This document shows, one piece after another, positions 26,584 to 36,333 of a stretch of 64,000 bases of DNA. The stretch is from IMG/VR virus record IMGVR_UViG_3300042691_044868, positions 6,965-70,964 of that record; one strand, 5' to 3'. Within the stretch, counting starts at the first letter, position 1; each line of letters opens with the position of its first letter. The notes under the pieces were generated by a model, which worked only from the letters and a program-made list of their open reading frames with translations, ran no database searches and was not told the origin of the DNA. Position numbers and translations under genes: made by a program. This DNA comes from a virus.

Positions 26584-27566
26584 GAAAAAACAACGTAGGG
26601 ATCGTAAAACCATATGCTACCGGACGAAGGGCCCGGAGGTGACCCTGGATCTAGCAAATAAGAATGGGACTCGGCAAAATATAAAGAAAATCCCAACTTA
26701 CTGTTATCAACCCCGGAACCGGAGCCACCAAGGGGGAGTGGAATACTAACATTTACTTGTTTCCACGTCTTAAAATTTGATGAAGAAACCTGACTAGAAC
26801 CTTTTAGATATAAAGAAGAATTCCATCTATTAACGTTGACTGGGTCTATAGGCGGTCCGGCAAACATATACAATGAACTACTGGTAGTCTCGTTATAACT
26901 TACGTAGAATGGAAATCCAACCGCCGGCAAAGTAGGAACGGAAGATCCGCAGACAGCGGCAAAATCAACGGAAATAGTAGGGGAGGTACCGGCAAAAACA
27001 TAAAATCCCCCAAAATTATACGGACGAAGAGCATCACTTTCGGGAACCAAAACCATAGCACCAAACTTAACCGAAGTTGCACCCACAGGTATATTAACAA
27101 CCTGATACATTTCATACTTTACCCAATTTTGTGTTGAACTTCCAGAGCCAGTTGTATCCGATGTAATTTGCCTCATAACAGGATCTGGATATCCTCGATT
27201 TAAAGCATTAAACGCGATAATACGATTTGTTATTCCATAAAGTTTTATAATATGGCCTGATTTTTCCGTATAACCGGGATCGTACGGAACATAATCGTAC
27301 AAAAAGAATTTCGGTCCCAACGATTTATATTCGGACGTGGTGGTAAAAGTCGGGGAATAATGGCTCCAGGGCAATGCGTATGAGCCTGGAGACACCACAC
27401 TAATTCCCGCAGCACTGTTATTGAATGTTTCTACGATTGGGTTGGTATTCGGATAGGCATCAAGTCTTGGCTGGGCAAGAACATTTGTTCCAGTATAGGC
27501 AGATTGTGGTGGTCTTAGAACGGGACTGGTTTCCGTTAAGATGGAGCCGAGGCCGAGTTTCGGCAT
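26580..27566 (-). CDS. beta-rich virion accessory protein (MPKLGLG N-terminus), possibly carbohydrate-binding
   Basis: AT-rich ORF, aromatic/Ser-rich; MPxLGLG start is common in aquatic-phage fibre/decoration proteins. Confidence 0.6.
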   Translation of the reverse strand: MPKLGLGSILTETSPVLRPPQSAYTGTNVLAQPRLDAYPNTNPIVETFNNSAAGISVVSPGSYALPWSHYSPTFTTTSEYKSLGPKFFLYDYVPYDPGYTEKSGHIIKLYGITNRIIAFNALNRGYPDPVMRQITSDTTGSGSSTQNWVKYEMYQVVNIPVGATSVKFGAMVLVPESDALRPYNFGGFYVFAGTSPTISVDFAAVCGSSVPTLPAVGFPFYVSYNETTSSSLYMFAGPPIDPVNVNRWNSSLYLKGSSQVSSSNFKTWKQVNVSIPLPLGGSGSGVDNSKLGFSLYFAESHSYLLDPGSPPGPSSGSIWFYDPYVVFS

Positions 27567-27572
27567 GGCAGT

Positions 27573-27872
27573 TTAAGCCTTGTAGGCTATAACTTTGCTG
27601 TTGGCGGCTAGAGTAAATCCGGTAAACGGTCCGTAAATAATTGTCCCGACCTGTAAAGAAACGGTAGTGCCAAGGGCACCAACAGTAGAATCTAAAGCTG
27701 TCAAAGCGGTAAAAGTGCTGGCCCCAGAAGCAATCACTTGAATGGAGGCATAGTTTCCGGTGACAGCGGCAGTTGAATCAATATAATCAAAACCTCTTTG
27801 ACCAAGAGCAACGAGCGCGGCGTCGGTTTCCTGGGTTACAGACGGAGTAAGATTTTCGTCATTCCATGCCAT
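27573..27872 (-). CDS. small virion structural protein
   Basis: C-terminal G.IIYG.FT..TL....VIAY pattern of small phage beta proteins. Confidence 0.7.
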   Translation of the reverse strand: MAWNDENLTPSVTQETDAALVALGQRGFDYIDSTAAVTGNYASIQVIASGASTFTALTALDSTVGALGTTVSLQVGTIIYGPFTGFTLAANSKVIAYKA

Positions 27873-27880
27873 AGGTCTTT

Positions 27881-27908
27881 AGTGTGCAGTATTGGTTTTT
27901 GTTGTCAA
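27881..27908 (-). promoter_or_regulatory. promoter TTGACA-N16-CACACT, 8 nt from ATG 27872
   Basis: Read directly on the reverse complement. Confidence 0.65.
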
Positions 27909-27910
27909 GT

Positions 27911-29248
27911 CTATCCGAGCGCAATAATGTCCGCGGCGGTGGCGGCTTTCTTAAGTTTCTCTCCGACAGACCCTGCGGTCCCTGAAGCGGAGGCAAGAGA
28001 GTAAGACCAGACGTTAGCCTGGGTTAAGACGGCGGTGCCGACGGTGTTGTCGACCGCCACGCCTGCGGCCACGGAGCTTGCGGCTGGGACGGCGCAGGTG
28101 CCGGTAAGGTTGCCGGCATTGTAGGTGACGCCGGAGCGGACGTTGGTGACGGCTGGCATTAGGCCAGCGGCGTTCCCATCAACGAGGGTTTTGGTCCCGG
28201 ATGAAAGAGCCATAACGGCAACGTTTGTTGAAACAGAAGTAAGGCGAAAGTTACTTTGAATCGGAACCATACCTCTGGAACCACATTCAAATTCTTCCAC
28301 ATTAATAACGGCGGCTTGACTGGTGCTTAAAACCGCGTAGGCAACAGCGATCCCCGTGGAGCCGACTCCGTAACCATTTCCCTTAACTCTTTTTAAGTTG
28401 GCGGTCCCTCCTGCGTTCATCCACACAGCGGCTGAACTGTTAGATGTCCCGGCTTCGCATGTACCAACAACATTTAACACGCCAGTCCCATCATGCCGAA
28501 TAGCATGGGCCGTAGTCCCTGTAGTTCCACCATAAGCGTTCCCAACCAAAGTAACTGAATTATTGTTTGCAAGATAAAGACCCACTCCGCTAGCGTTAGT
28601 CCCACCATACACATTTCCGGTTATGGTAAATGTTGGAGTAGTATTTCCTGAAAGATAAATACCAGACCCAGAAGATGTTCCGCCATAAATATTCCCGGTT
28701 ACCTGTATTGTCGGGGAAAGACTACTCGTAATAGTAATCCCGTGAGATTGAGTTGTTGCAGAAGCGTAACAGTTTGCATTTACTACAAAGGTTCCGTTTC
28801 CGTTTACTTGAATAGCCGATGTATTAAAACCTGTAAGACCTCTTAAATTACCACCATAAAAATAAAAGGTTTCACCTACCGCTGGGGACGCCTGTATTCC
28901 GTTTGCACCTCCAGTATTGGTGCTGGAAGGATATACATCAGTAGCGTAAACAATCGCAGATCTTCCGGATAACCCGCTACTTGTTATCGTTAAGCAGGTC
29001 GTCGTTCCTGCTGCGATTGTTGTGGCTGTAACTGTAATTGGTGTCACAGCGCAGGCAAAAGTAAAGCTTCCACCAGCCGTTGCTCCGTTTTCTGCCTGTG
29101 TGCTGAGTTTGGTGACGGTTGCGTTCACATCAATAGTAATCGTCCTATTGTTTGCGTAGGCATTGTCTGCCGCCGTAGGGACAACACCACCAATCCAAGT
29201 GGCTGTGCTGCTCCAGTTACCGTTAGCCGCGGCTAGGATATTGGCCAT
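27911..29248 (-). CDS. beta-helix-like fibre/decoration protein
   Basis: N-terminal GNWSS.ATW.GGVVP; repeated xTGN(I/V/A)YGGT units; C-terminal NVRSGVTY..GNLTGT..VP. Confidence 0.75.
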   Translation of the reverse strand: MANILAAANGNWSSTATWIGGVVPTAADNAYANNRTITIDVNATVTKLSTQAENGATAGGSFTFACAVTPITVTATTIAAGTTTCLTITSSGLSGRSAIVYATDVYPSSTNTGGANGIQASPAVGETFYFYGGNLRGLTGFNTSAIQVNGNGTFVVNANCYASATTQSHGITITSSLSPTIQVTGNIYGGTSSGSGIYLSGNTTPTFTITGNVYGGTNASGVGLYLANNNSVTLVGNAYGGTTGTTAHAIRHDGTGVLNVVGTCEAGTSNSSAAVWMNAGGTANLKRVKGNGYGVGSTGIAVAYAVLSTSQAAVINVEEFECGSRGMVPIQSNFRLTSVSTNVAVMALSSGTKTLVDGNAAGLMPAVTNVRSGVTYNAGNLTGTCAVPAASSVAAGVAVDNTVGTAVLTQANVWSYSLASASGTAGSVGEKLKKAATAADIIALG

Positions 29249-29249
29249 A

Positions 29250-29513
29250 TTAGGTCTTTGTTAGGCTGGTGAGATTTCCGCTTCCGTCATACCCAAGCGT
29301 CAGCGTAGCGACCGTGGTTCCGCTGGAACCTCCGGTTTTATAGGTGACTGAGGTAAGGTTTCCGCTGGTGTAAGCGAGGGCTCGGTAGTCGTGAGTTGGA
29401 ATGTCCCATCCGGGAATGTTTACCGTCGCCTCGACCGGGCTTGCCCGTAACTGGGTATCGGTAAGACCTCCGCCACCGCCGCCCCCACTACCGCCGCTTT
29501 GAAATACAGGCAT
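29250..29513 (-). CDS. small structural protein
   Basis: IP.HDY..L.Y..GNLT.VTYK.GG.SGT.VATLTL.YD.SGNL motif common in phages. Confidence 0.75.
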   Translation of the reverse strand: MPVFQSGGSGGGGGGGLTDTQLRASPVEATVNIPGWDIPTHDYRALAYTSGNLTSVTYKTGGSSGTTVATLTLGYDGSGNLTSLTKT

Positions 29514-29514
29514 A

Positions 29515-29805
29515 TTATCCCTCCAGTGCTACGAAAGGTTCGCCGGCTGTGTTGCAGAAAATATGGATTGCCTCGACCGGAACCGCGCCGTCCTCAAACA
29601 CAACTCCACCTCCATTTGCGCTTATGCAGATCCCGGTTGTGTCGGTAGGCGAATAGCCGATACCGACATACATCGAATCAGTAGAGGATAGGTTTTGAAC
29701 CAGAAGAAAATTACGGTCCGGACTGGCGGGCACAATCTCCTGGCTTACTCCAGCCGAAGTGATTGTTCCCGAATTATTGGTAAAACTTGTGTTCCGAAAG
29801 CCCAT
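29515..29805 (-). CDS. small beta-sandwich structural protein
   Basis: R..LLVQN.S....YVG pattern; operon packing. Confidence 0.7.
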   Translation of the reverse strand: MGFRNTSFTNNSGTITSAGVSQEIVPASPDRNFLLVQNLSSTDSMYVGIGYSPTDTTGICISANGGGVVFEDGAVPVEAIHIFCNTAGEPFVALEG

Positions 29806-29816
29806 AGGACTTACCT

Positions 29817-29844
29817 AGGATGCCGGAACCCGATACAAAATCAA
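29817..29844 (-). promoter_or_regulatory. candidate promoter TTGATT-N16-CATCCT, 11 nt from ATG 29805
   Basis: Same geometry as the other promoters but a weaker consensus match. Confidence 0.45.
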
Positions 29845-30059
29845 GAACTTTGTCCGAAAAGCTTATGCCAGATGGTTTGGCCTACCGTGGTAATGGCCAG
29901 TGTAATGACAGCCACAATACCGTAACCACGGTTAATATGACCCTCAACTTTCTGGATACGGTTTTCCTGGCTGGAAATCGAATCTACCAGAATATCCAGC
30001 TTGGACTCCATGCGGGCAGTCCTGTCCAGAAGCTCATAGATCACTTCATTTTGATCCAT
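29841..30059 (-). CDS. small coiled-coil plus single-TM protein (XhlA/holin-like)
   Basis: R.ESKLD.L......RI..VE coil followed by a hydrophobic helix. Confidence 0.65.
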   Translation of the reverse strand: MDQNEVIYELLDRTARMESKLDILVDSISSQENRIQKVEGHINRGYGIVAVITLAITTVGQTIWHKLFGQSS

Positions 30060-30267
30060 AAACTTCCTCCAGCATGGGGATAATGTGCTTCTTCATCTTA
30101 TTTGCAGTATAACCCTTTACCCCCAATAAAGGCAAGAATAGTTCGAAGCAAAGTTCGAACGATTCCCGCTCAAAACAGGCTTTTGGCCTGCCGGCTTTCT
30201 TCCCGGCCCTCAGGTCTTGGAGATCGTTCCAAGCCTGGCGAACCACAGCCAGGAGCAAACGGTCCAC
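30046..30267 (-). CDS. hypothetical protein
   Basis: ORF fills the gap in the operon. Confidence 0.6.
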   Translation of the reverse strand: MDRLLLAVVRQAWNDLQDLRAGKKAGRPKACFERESFELCFELFLPLLGVKGYTANKMKKHIIPMLEEVYGSK

Positions 30268-30270
30268 GGC

Positions 30271-30513
30271 TTAGACTTGGCTAGACATTCCTTTTTCAAC
30301 GGCCTCAACCATGCCCATATCTTCGCCGGCTTCTTCCATTTCCTCGGCTTCTTCCATTTCAGGAGCGGAGCCTACGGAAACGCCTTCGACGGCGGTGAGA
30401 TACATGGTCGGACCTTTGAAATAGCCGCTAGCCATAAAATCAAAGGGTTTACCCTCGGCAACACCCTCCGGGGGCGTAAAACCTTCAGGAACAGGAAAAG
30501 AGATATTTGCCAT
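30271..30513 (-). CDS. small acidic hypothetical protein
   Basis: F.VPEGF.PP motif and Glu/Met-rich tail. Confidence 0.7.
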   Translation of the reverse strand: MANISFPVPEGFTPPEGVAEGKPFDFMASGYFKGPTMYLTAVEGVSVGSAPEMEEAEEMEEAGEDMGMVEAVEKGMSSQV

Positions 30514-30520
30514 AAAAACC

Positions 30521-30562
30521 TTTCAGTAAAGATCCCCCCAGGGGATAAACCCTGGGGGGATC
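30521..30562 (-). terminator. intrinsic terminator after the capsid/decoration genes
   Basis: 13-bp perfect stem gatccccccaggg / ccctggggggatc with 6-nt loop, then TTTACT on the minus strand. Confidence 0.75.
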
Positions 30563-30572
30563 GATTCAATAA

Positions 30573-30887
30573 TTATCCTTCGACGGGCAGGTTAAGATTC
30601 CGAAGCACGTTCAGAATCGTATTCACCTTGCCAACGATCGTCTGGAGGTCGGCAGCAGAATAAGTTCCGCTGGCAACAACCGTGGACGTTGCGCTAGGTG
30701 TACCGGCATTCGTGAGGGCGAGCAAGCTCAGGGAGCTCACTGTATCGCCGGACACTCCGCCAGTGGACGATCCGATTGTGGCTACGGTAGAACCTGCGGT
30801 GCCCCATTCGGGACCCTTATTCAGGGTGCCACGAATTTGGGCCGCAAGGACTTTATCCTGCGTCGCTACTTGAAGAGGGAAAGCCAT
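30573..30887 (-). CDS. putative capsid decoration / head-fibre protein
   Basis: Directly after the MCP with SD aaaggag; C-terminal ..KVN.IL..LR..NL helix typical of head-fibre proteins. Confidence 0.65.
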   Translation of the reverse strand: MAFPLQVATQDKVLAAQIRGTLNKGPEWGTAGSTVATIGSSTGGVSGDTVSSLSLLALTNAGTPSATSTVVASGTYSAADLQTIVGKVNTILNVLRNLNLPVEG

Positions 30888-30909
30888 GTTAATGGTCTCC
30901 TTTCTTCAA

Positions 30910-32292
30910 TTAGCTAACGTAGTCGAGGCTGATCGCGGCCCGCTTATGCAGGATGGCATAACCATACTGCGGGAACACAGGACGCGCACCGTTGGCCAGA
31001 ACGCCGCGGAAGTAACCCACATTACCATCCGGATTGGTCTGACGGTCAAGAATATTGACCCATTTGAACTCACCCCGGTAATTTTGCGGGTTGAAGCTCA
31101 TCTTGTTGGCGGTGTTAACCGGACCAGGGACCACCGAGCGGAACACATCCTGATGGTAGATGTAGCTCAGCTCATAGGCCGCAGTCTCGTACTCGCTGTT
31201 GATGTTGTAGGCCGTACCCTTGGTCGTGGTTTCCTTCTTGAACGGATACACACGGATGAGCTTGTCATTCGTGGTATCGTACACGCGGAACCGCGGGGGA
31301 TACGGATCGATGGCGTGATAAAAGCCACCGTAGCTGCGCTCGATGCCGAGCGGGGTCAGCAGTTCATTGGGCTTCGCATAGCGGAAGTCCTGGCGGATGT
31401 CGGCGTTGAGCCGGATCAGGGACTCGCTGGTCTCAGCACCGCAGATCAGCATGAACACCGGGGCACCGTTCTCACGGCCCATGGCGTTGGTTCCCGCGCC
31501 GTCGCGGACCAATTTCATGTAGAGCCGTTTGAGGATGCCCTGAGTCAGCTGGCTGTTGGGCAGGTTAGCCGCAGTGATCGCGCCGGAAGCGGCAGTGCCG
31601 ACTCCGGTGGTAACCGCGTCATAGATGACCTTAGCGTCGGCGGAGCTTGCGCTCGTGGAGGCAACGATCGAGGAAGTGCTGGGGTAAACCAGGTTTCCTT
31701 CGTCCGCAACCTGCGCCGTGTACTGATTCCGGTAGCGATCCTGCCAGACGAGCGAGGTCGATTCAGTCAGCACGTCCATGATATTGGACAGCTGCTCACG
31801 ACGCTTCACCGCGAAGCGCAAGTCTTCGAGGGCAACGTCGGGGGACTCCAAAGAGGCCCACTCGAGGCTGTACTGGCGGAGCTTCTGGCCGAACGTCACG
31901 CCATTAAGAGTGGCGGGAAGAACGTTACCGGCAGACGACGTGGACTGCACCGGAGGGGTGGAGCCACCAGAGAGCGTCTGGGTATAGGCGTTGAAGCCGG
32001 TGTAGGTCTGATCAACCGGGTTAGAACCCAGTTTGCGCCAGCCCGAGCCGGCATCAGCCACAATTTCGTTTTCGGCATAACCGTTGGTATTGCCGACGCC
32101 CGCGAGAGTCCGGGACGGGTAGAACCGCTCGAAAGTAACCGAGCTGATCACGTCGCCCATCTCCTCGGGGAACTGTTCTTGCTTGGTCAGTTTGAGCCAA
32201 GCGGAAGTGTCGATCGTCCGGCGATAAATCTCCGGTCCGATACGGCCAGCTTCCTTCACGAGCAACTGCTCGATGGAGTAAGTAGTAGCCAT
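30910..32292 (-). CDS. major capsid protein
   Basis: 460 aa after portal and scaffold; strong SD (aaagga), strongly biased codons, own promoter and downstream terminator. Confidence 0.8.
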   Translation of the reverse strand: MATTYSIEQLLVKEAGRIGPEIYRRTIDTSAWLKLTKQEQFPEEMGDVISSVTFERFYPSRTLAGVGNTNGYAENEIVADAGSGWRKLGSNPVDQTYTGFNAYTQTLSGGSTPPVQSTSSAGNVLPATLNGVTFGQKLRQYSLEWASLESPDVALEDLRFAVKRREQLSNIMDVLTESTSLVWQDRYRNQYTAQVADEGNLVYPSTSSIVASTSASSADAKVIYDAVTTGVGTAASGAITAANLPNSQLTQGILKRLYMKLVRDGAGTNAMGRENGAPVFMLICGAETSESLIRLNADIRQDFRYAKPNELLTPLGIERSYGGFYHAIDPYPPRFRVYDTTNDKLIRVYPFKKETTTKGTAYNINSEYETAAYELSYIYHQDVFRSVVPGPVNTANKMSFNPQNYRGEFKWVNILDRQTNPDGNVGYFRGVLANGARPVFPQYGYAILHKRAAISLDYVS

Positions 32293-32512
32293 TTTAGTTA
32301 GTTATCCTTTCATCCATCCCCCGCTCGCGCAAGGGATGTTATGATTTGCGGCAGTAGCGTTAACTCCACTCGGAGCTATTCGCTCTTACCACACTCAAAA
32401 CTATTCCCTGGCGGCATCCCAGAGCTTTTAATGCCCGAATTGTGACCATTTCAATTTTTATAGGTCGTGTCCGGAAAGGGTCTCAGTCTTTATACCTGTA
32501 CCGAACAAATCA

Positions 32513-32540
32513 AAAGTATCAACCGGCTTGAACGTGTCAA
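32513..32540 (-). promoter_or_regulatory. capsid promoter TTGACA-N16-TACTTT followed by a ~215-nt leader
   Basis: Read on the reverse complement in the scaffold-MCP gap. Confidence 0.65.
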
Positions 32541-32553
32541 TACCTTTTAACAA

Positions 32554-33747
32554 CTATTTTTTACCCATACCGCGTTCCAGGGCGTCCAGGAACCCGAGAT
32601 CTGCGGCAATTTCGGGTGCACTACCGCTGTCCGATCCGGAGGAAGGGAGGGTGGAACGTAGCTCTTTGGCTGTCTTTTCGAGCTCATTAATGCGGGATTG
32701 AGTTTTCGCCACATAGTCCTGAAACACTTGCATAACCACCGGGAGCGCGGCTGCGTTGAAAGTAAGCCTGGCTTTTGAACGGGGATCCAATTCTGTGTTC
32801 TCAATCGACAGGGCTTGTTGCTCAATACCTTTTAAGGTGTTGTTCCAAGCCTCATTATCCTCGATAGGCCTCAAAAGAGGGTTTTCTTTTTGCATGCTTT
32901 CCCACTCGGATTTATACGCCTCGGCAATCTCAGCTTCAGCACGTTTTTGAAACTGCTCCATCTCTTGTTTTTCTTCGGTCTCAATCATCTGAAGGACAGT
33001 TTGCACATCCTTTGTGAGTAACTCCCTGCGTTCAAACACTTTCTGAAGTTCTTCTCCTTTGGTCCGGACGGCAAAGGCATCCACTGGGTCAAAGGTAGCG
33101 GTAGCTTCCTTCAAAAGAGCCCTACGCTTCGCCGCGTCAGGTTCAACCATAGCGGCAAAGATCTTAGCTGGATCAACTTCATAGGTGCTGGCAATTGAGC
33201 TAACCTCGTTTTGTATCGACTGAAGCGGCTCAGTTACTGCCATTTTGTACTCTTTTGTTGCCTCTAACCGAGAGAAACGGAGTTCGCTTTCGTAGTTATC
33301 CCGTTCGGATTTAATAGCGTCCAACTGGGCTTTCAAATCCATTTGCTCGACAGAATTAGGAACAGCTTCGGCGGTCTTCGACTCCAATTCTTTGATTTTT
33401 GCCCGGGCGTCACGCAAGTCTTTTGTAAGACGGGCCCAGGCAGTCTGAGCCTCAGGCTTTAAGTTTTCAGGAGTTTTAACATCTAAATCCTCCTGGCTCT
33501 TAATCTCCGATTTAGTTTCCTCCTGACCGGTTAAACGTTTGGTCAAAACATCGAGGGGATTTGTGTCTGAAACTGCATTTGTTTTTTCAACGACCGGGGC
33601 CGAAGTCTTTTCGACTGATGTAGTTGCCTCGGGAGTCGCCTGAACCGGAGTTTCTACCGGAGACTTATCCATTGCGTCAATGCCTGCGTCTAAGGCGTCG
33701 GCCAGGCTTAGTTCTGCGGTAGTGGCTGCTGTAGTAGTTTCGCTCAT
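32554..33747 (-). CDS. putative capsid scaffolding protein
   Basis: Acidic, disordered N-terminus plus coiled coils; lies between portal and MCP. Confidence 0.7.
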   Translation of the reverse strand: MSETTTAATTAELSLADALDAGIDAMDKSPVETPVQATPEATTSVEKTSAPVVEKTNAVSDTNPLDVLTKRLTGQEETKSEIKSQEDLDVKTPENLKPEAQTAWARLTKDLRDARAKIKELESKTAEAVPNSVEQMDLKAQLDAIKSERDNYESELRFSRLEATKEYKMAVTEPLQSIQNEVSSIASTYEVDPAKIFAAMVEPDAAKRRALLKEATATFDPVDAFAVRTKGEELQKVFERRELLTKDVQTVLQMIETEEKQEMEQFQKRAEAEIAEAYKSEWESMQKENPLLRPIEDNEAWNNTLKGIEQQALSIENTELDPRSKARLTFNAAALPVVMQVFQDYVAKTQSRINELEKTAKELRSTLPSSGSDSGSAPEIAADLGFLDALERGMGKK

Positions 33748-33759
33748 GTTTTTTGTTCC

Positions 33760-34050
33760 TTATTGGTTGGTTGTTTCTTCTTTGGATTCCCACGGAGCCG
33801 GAAACTCTTCCGGTGCGGTTTGATCTTCTGCAAGGGCTGTCAACAATCGAATCGCGTCGTAAAAACCTTCGCGTCTAGCATTCAAGCTTGCGTTCCAATC
33901 AACAAAATCAACGCCCTGAGGAGGCATAACTGCGGCAGGAATGCCGAGTGTAACTAAAAGATTCTTAATAGCCTGTCCGGCTTCCGAAGTATAAAAAGCC
34001 TTCCAGGCTTTCTTAAGGTCTTGTCTGTTGTTCCAGTCTTTTAATGTCAT
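33760..34050 (-). CDS. small protein downstream of portal
   Basis: F.SE.GQ.I...L and A.REG motifs typical of the small gene after the portal in podoviruses. Confidence 0.7.
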   Translation of the reverse strand: MTLKDWNNRQDLKKAWKAFYTSEAGQAIKNLLVTLGIPAAVMPPQGVDFVDWNASLNARREGFYDAIRLLTALAEDQTAPEEFPAPWESKEETTNQ

Positions 34051-36323
34051 GCAGGTGTTGCGCCAGATTTCTCAAACGCGGAACGAAGATTAACCGCTGT
34101 TTCCGCATCCTGTAAAGCTAATTTTTGCTTCATTTCCATTTCCTTGAAACGAGCTTCAAGGGCGGCTTTCTCTTCTTTTAGGCGCATATCAAGCTGATGC
34201 TCTTGCATCTTCATCTGCATTTCGGGTGTCAGTGACGGAACTTGTCCAGAAGCCAGTGCCTGTTGCTGTTGAGCTTCGGCTGCGGCCCGGATGTCCTGTT
34301 GAACGTCGCGTTGCAAATTGACAACGGCTTCGCGCAACAAATTCATGGTTTGATTAAATTGACCGATCTCCTGTTGTTTTGTCTTGTCGGAAGAAATACG
34401 AATCAAATGCTCGTTACAGTGCTCATACATCATCGTCAGGAACATCATGGTGGATTGTTTGTCCTGAACTTCTCCGTTCTGGACGGCCTGAACCATCGGG
34501 GCGCTCTCACCCAGATGAACCTGAAGATGGATCGAATGGTTCTCGTTCGGCATGACGGAAACGGCCCGTCCAGCTTGCATCGCACCATTCTCCAACTCGG
34601 CAATCTTGGCGTCTGTGGGAACACGGTTCTTGACGTTGGGGTTTGGTAGATAACGATCAACCTGGTCGTAGCCGACACGAGCGGCCACGCGGTCACGAAT
34701 CGCGTTGACCTGTCCGAGCTCGTCGAACCTGGGCAACAACTGCATAAACTCGTTAAAGGCTGTCAACCGCGCCGCCGGAGATCCCAATCCAATAGCCCGA
34801 ACCGGATCAACATCGTAAACTTCCTTAACGGCTTGCCACGGCACTCCCCGTTCTTCGAGCCTTTGACGAAACTTTTTGGCCTCAGCCGAGCCTTGTTCTC
34901 CGGAGATCCAGGTATCCCTTTGCAACCGGCGGAACTGCTCACGAAGCAGACGTCCCCAAGGGACATAGAATAGATTTAGCGAATTGGCGCTAAGAACTCC
35001 TTCGTTGGCAATCTGAGCTTCGACTTCAGTTGCTGTCCGGGGATTGCCCGTAGGGGCATTCATTTGGGTGCGATAAGATCCGGTGTTGCTCTGGCGAACC
35101 ATTGCCATTTCATTGACGATCGGCATGACATTCAGCGACAGGTTAGGGTATTGAGTTTGCACCACTTGGAGCCCCGGGGGTAGGAACGAAAGTGGCCCGG
35201 AGTAAGCCATCGTCATCTTGGAGATATCTTCTGCCGAATTGGGCTGAAGAAGCACCGATGTCTGCAACATGGCTCCGTCAGCCATGGCACAACGCAGACG
35301 GTTGGTCATCTGGATGTGCGGGAAAATCTTGTATCCAAGGCCTCGGATGGAGTGGTAAAGACCGTTGCCAATGCCGTAGGTAAAGATGTGGAAAGCCTCG
35401 GACGCGCTCTTGAAACGATGAAGTTTCTTGAAGAGAAAATCACCCACCCCGTCGCGGCGACCGATCGCGTGGGAATAAGATCCGTCAAACTCCCGGATGT
35501 AGTAGTGGATTACATGAACCTCGCGGCTACGCACATGGGCGAAATAAAGATCGTTGCTTTTGATCTCGCGCTGTAACTCTTCCCAATTAAAGGTGTCCAC
35601 CGGCATCGTTGTAGTGGCGTCACGAATGGCCTGTTTTACCGCATCAACATTCCAACCGGCTTCTTTGGCCGCTTTCTCGTTTTCGATGTACTTGAAAAGT
35701 TCGTGAGTAAGATAAATACGGCGGACGCAAGCGATCTCGACTTTATCTTCGGTAGCCGGGGTTCCGCGTGGGATTAGAAAATCACCGATTGGGCAGATGT
35801 TCCACTGCCAGTTTCGTTCGTCTTCAAAGAAAGCCACTGCCAATCCCTGGGCGATAAAGTAGTAAGAAAGCAACTGTTGCCGAAAATAAAAACTCGGCCA
35901 ATCTTTTGTGAGCAACCGGTGAAATTCTTCGGAGATAATAGCGCCATACTCTTCTCGTTGGCTCTCGTCACCAAACTTGGTTTTAACATTAACCAAACGA
36001 TCGACCGAAGTTACAAGATCGTTGTAAGCGGAAAGCGCTTTTTCAAGGTCGGCTCCGGCTTCGCCAAAATTTAAGTTGGCCCGATATGCCTGACCCATCC
36101 GGCGCAAAACAACCGGGTCATACGGAGCGGCTCCGTCGAACATGTCCATGATCCGTGTGCGGTCTTTGGAGGACTGCTCGTCGGCCAGGTAAAGATTTTG
36201 ATAAAGCCCGTAAAGTCCAGCATGATTTGTAATGCGGGTCTTGGGAGCCTTGCCGCTTTTGTCCAAAGTCAAAAGCCCGTCAGCATCTCCGGTGGCGGGG
36301 TTTAGGTAGAGTTTTTCGTCCAC
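34047..36323 (-). CDS. portal protein
   Basis: Follows TerL; RTATEV motif; Gln-rich coiled-coil C-terminus. Start reassigned to GTG 36323, downstream of the promoter. Confidence 0.8.
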   Translation of the reverse strand: MDEKLYLNPATGDADGLLTLDKSGKAPKTRITNHAGLYGLYQNLYLADEQSSKDRTRIMDMFDGAAPYDPVVLRRMGQAYRANLNFGEAGADLEKALSAYNDLVTSVDRLVNVKTKFGDESQREEYGAIISEEFHRLLTKDWPSFYFRQQLLSYYFIAQGLAVAFFEDERNWQWNICPIGDFLIPRGTPATEDKVEIACVRRIYLTHELFKYIENEKAAKEAGWNVDAVKQAIRDATTTMPVDTFNWEELQREIKSNDLYFAHVRSREVHVIHYYIREFDGSYSHAIGRRDGVGDFLFKKLHRFKSASEAFHIFTYGIGNGLYHSIRGLGYKIFPHIQMTNRLRCAMADGAMLQTSVLLQPNSAEDISKMTMAYSGPLSFLPPGLQVVQTQYPNLSLNVMPIVNEMAMVRQSNTGSYRTQMNAPTGNPRTATEVEAQIANEGVLSANSLNLFYVPWGRLLREQFRRLQRDTWISGEQGSAEAKKFRQRLEERGVPWQAVKEVYDVDPVRAIGLGSPAARLTAFNEFMQLLPRFDELGQVNAIRDRVAARVGYDQVDRYLPNPNVKNRVPTDAKIAELENGAMQAGRAVSVMPNENHSIHLQVHLGESAPMVQAVQNGEVQDKQSTMMFLTMMYEHCNEHLIRISSDKTKQQEIGQFNQTMNLLREAVVNLQRDVQQDIRAAAEAQQQQALASGQVPSLTPEMQMKMQEHQLDMRLKEEKAALEARFKEMEMKQKLALQDAETAVNLRSAFEKSGATPA

Positions 36324-36333
36324 AAGTCCATCC

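Noticed and set aside
30886-32301. 471-aa plus-strand ORF antisense to the major capsid gene
   Set aside because: Mirror-frame ORF explained by the capsid gene's codon bias; no motifs or RBS.
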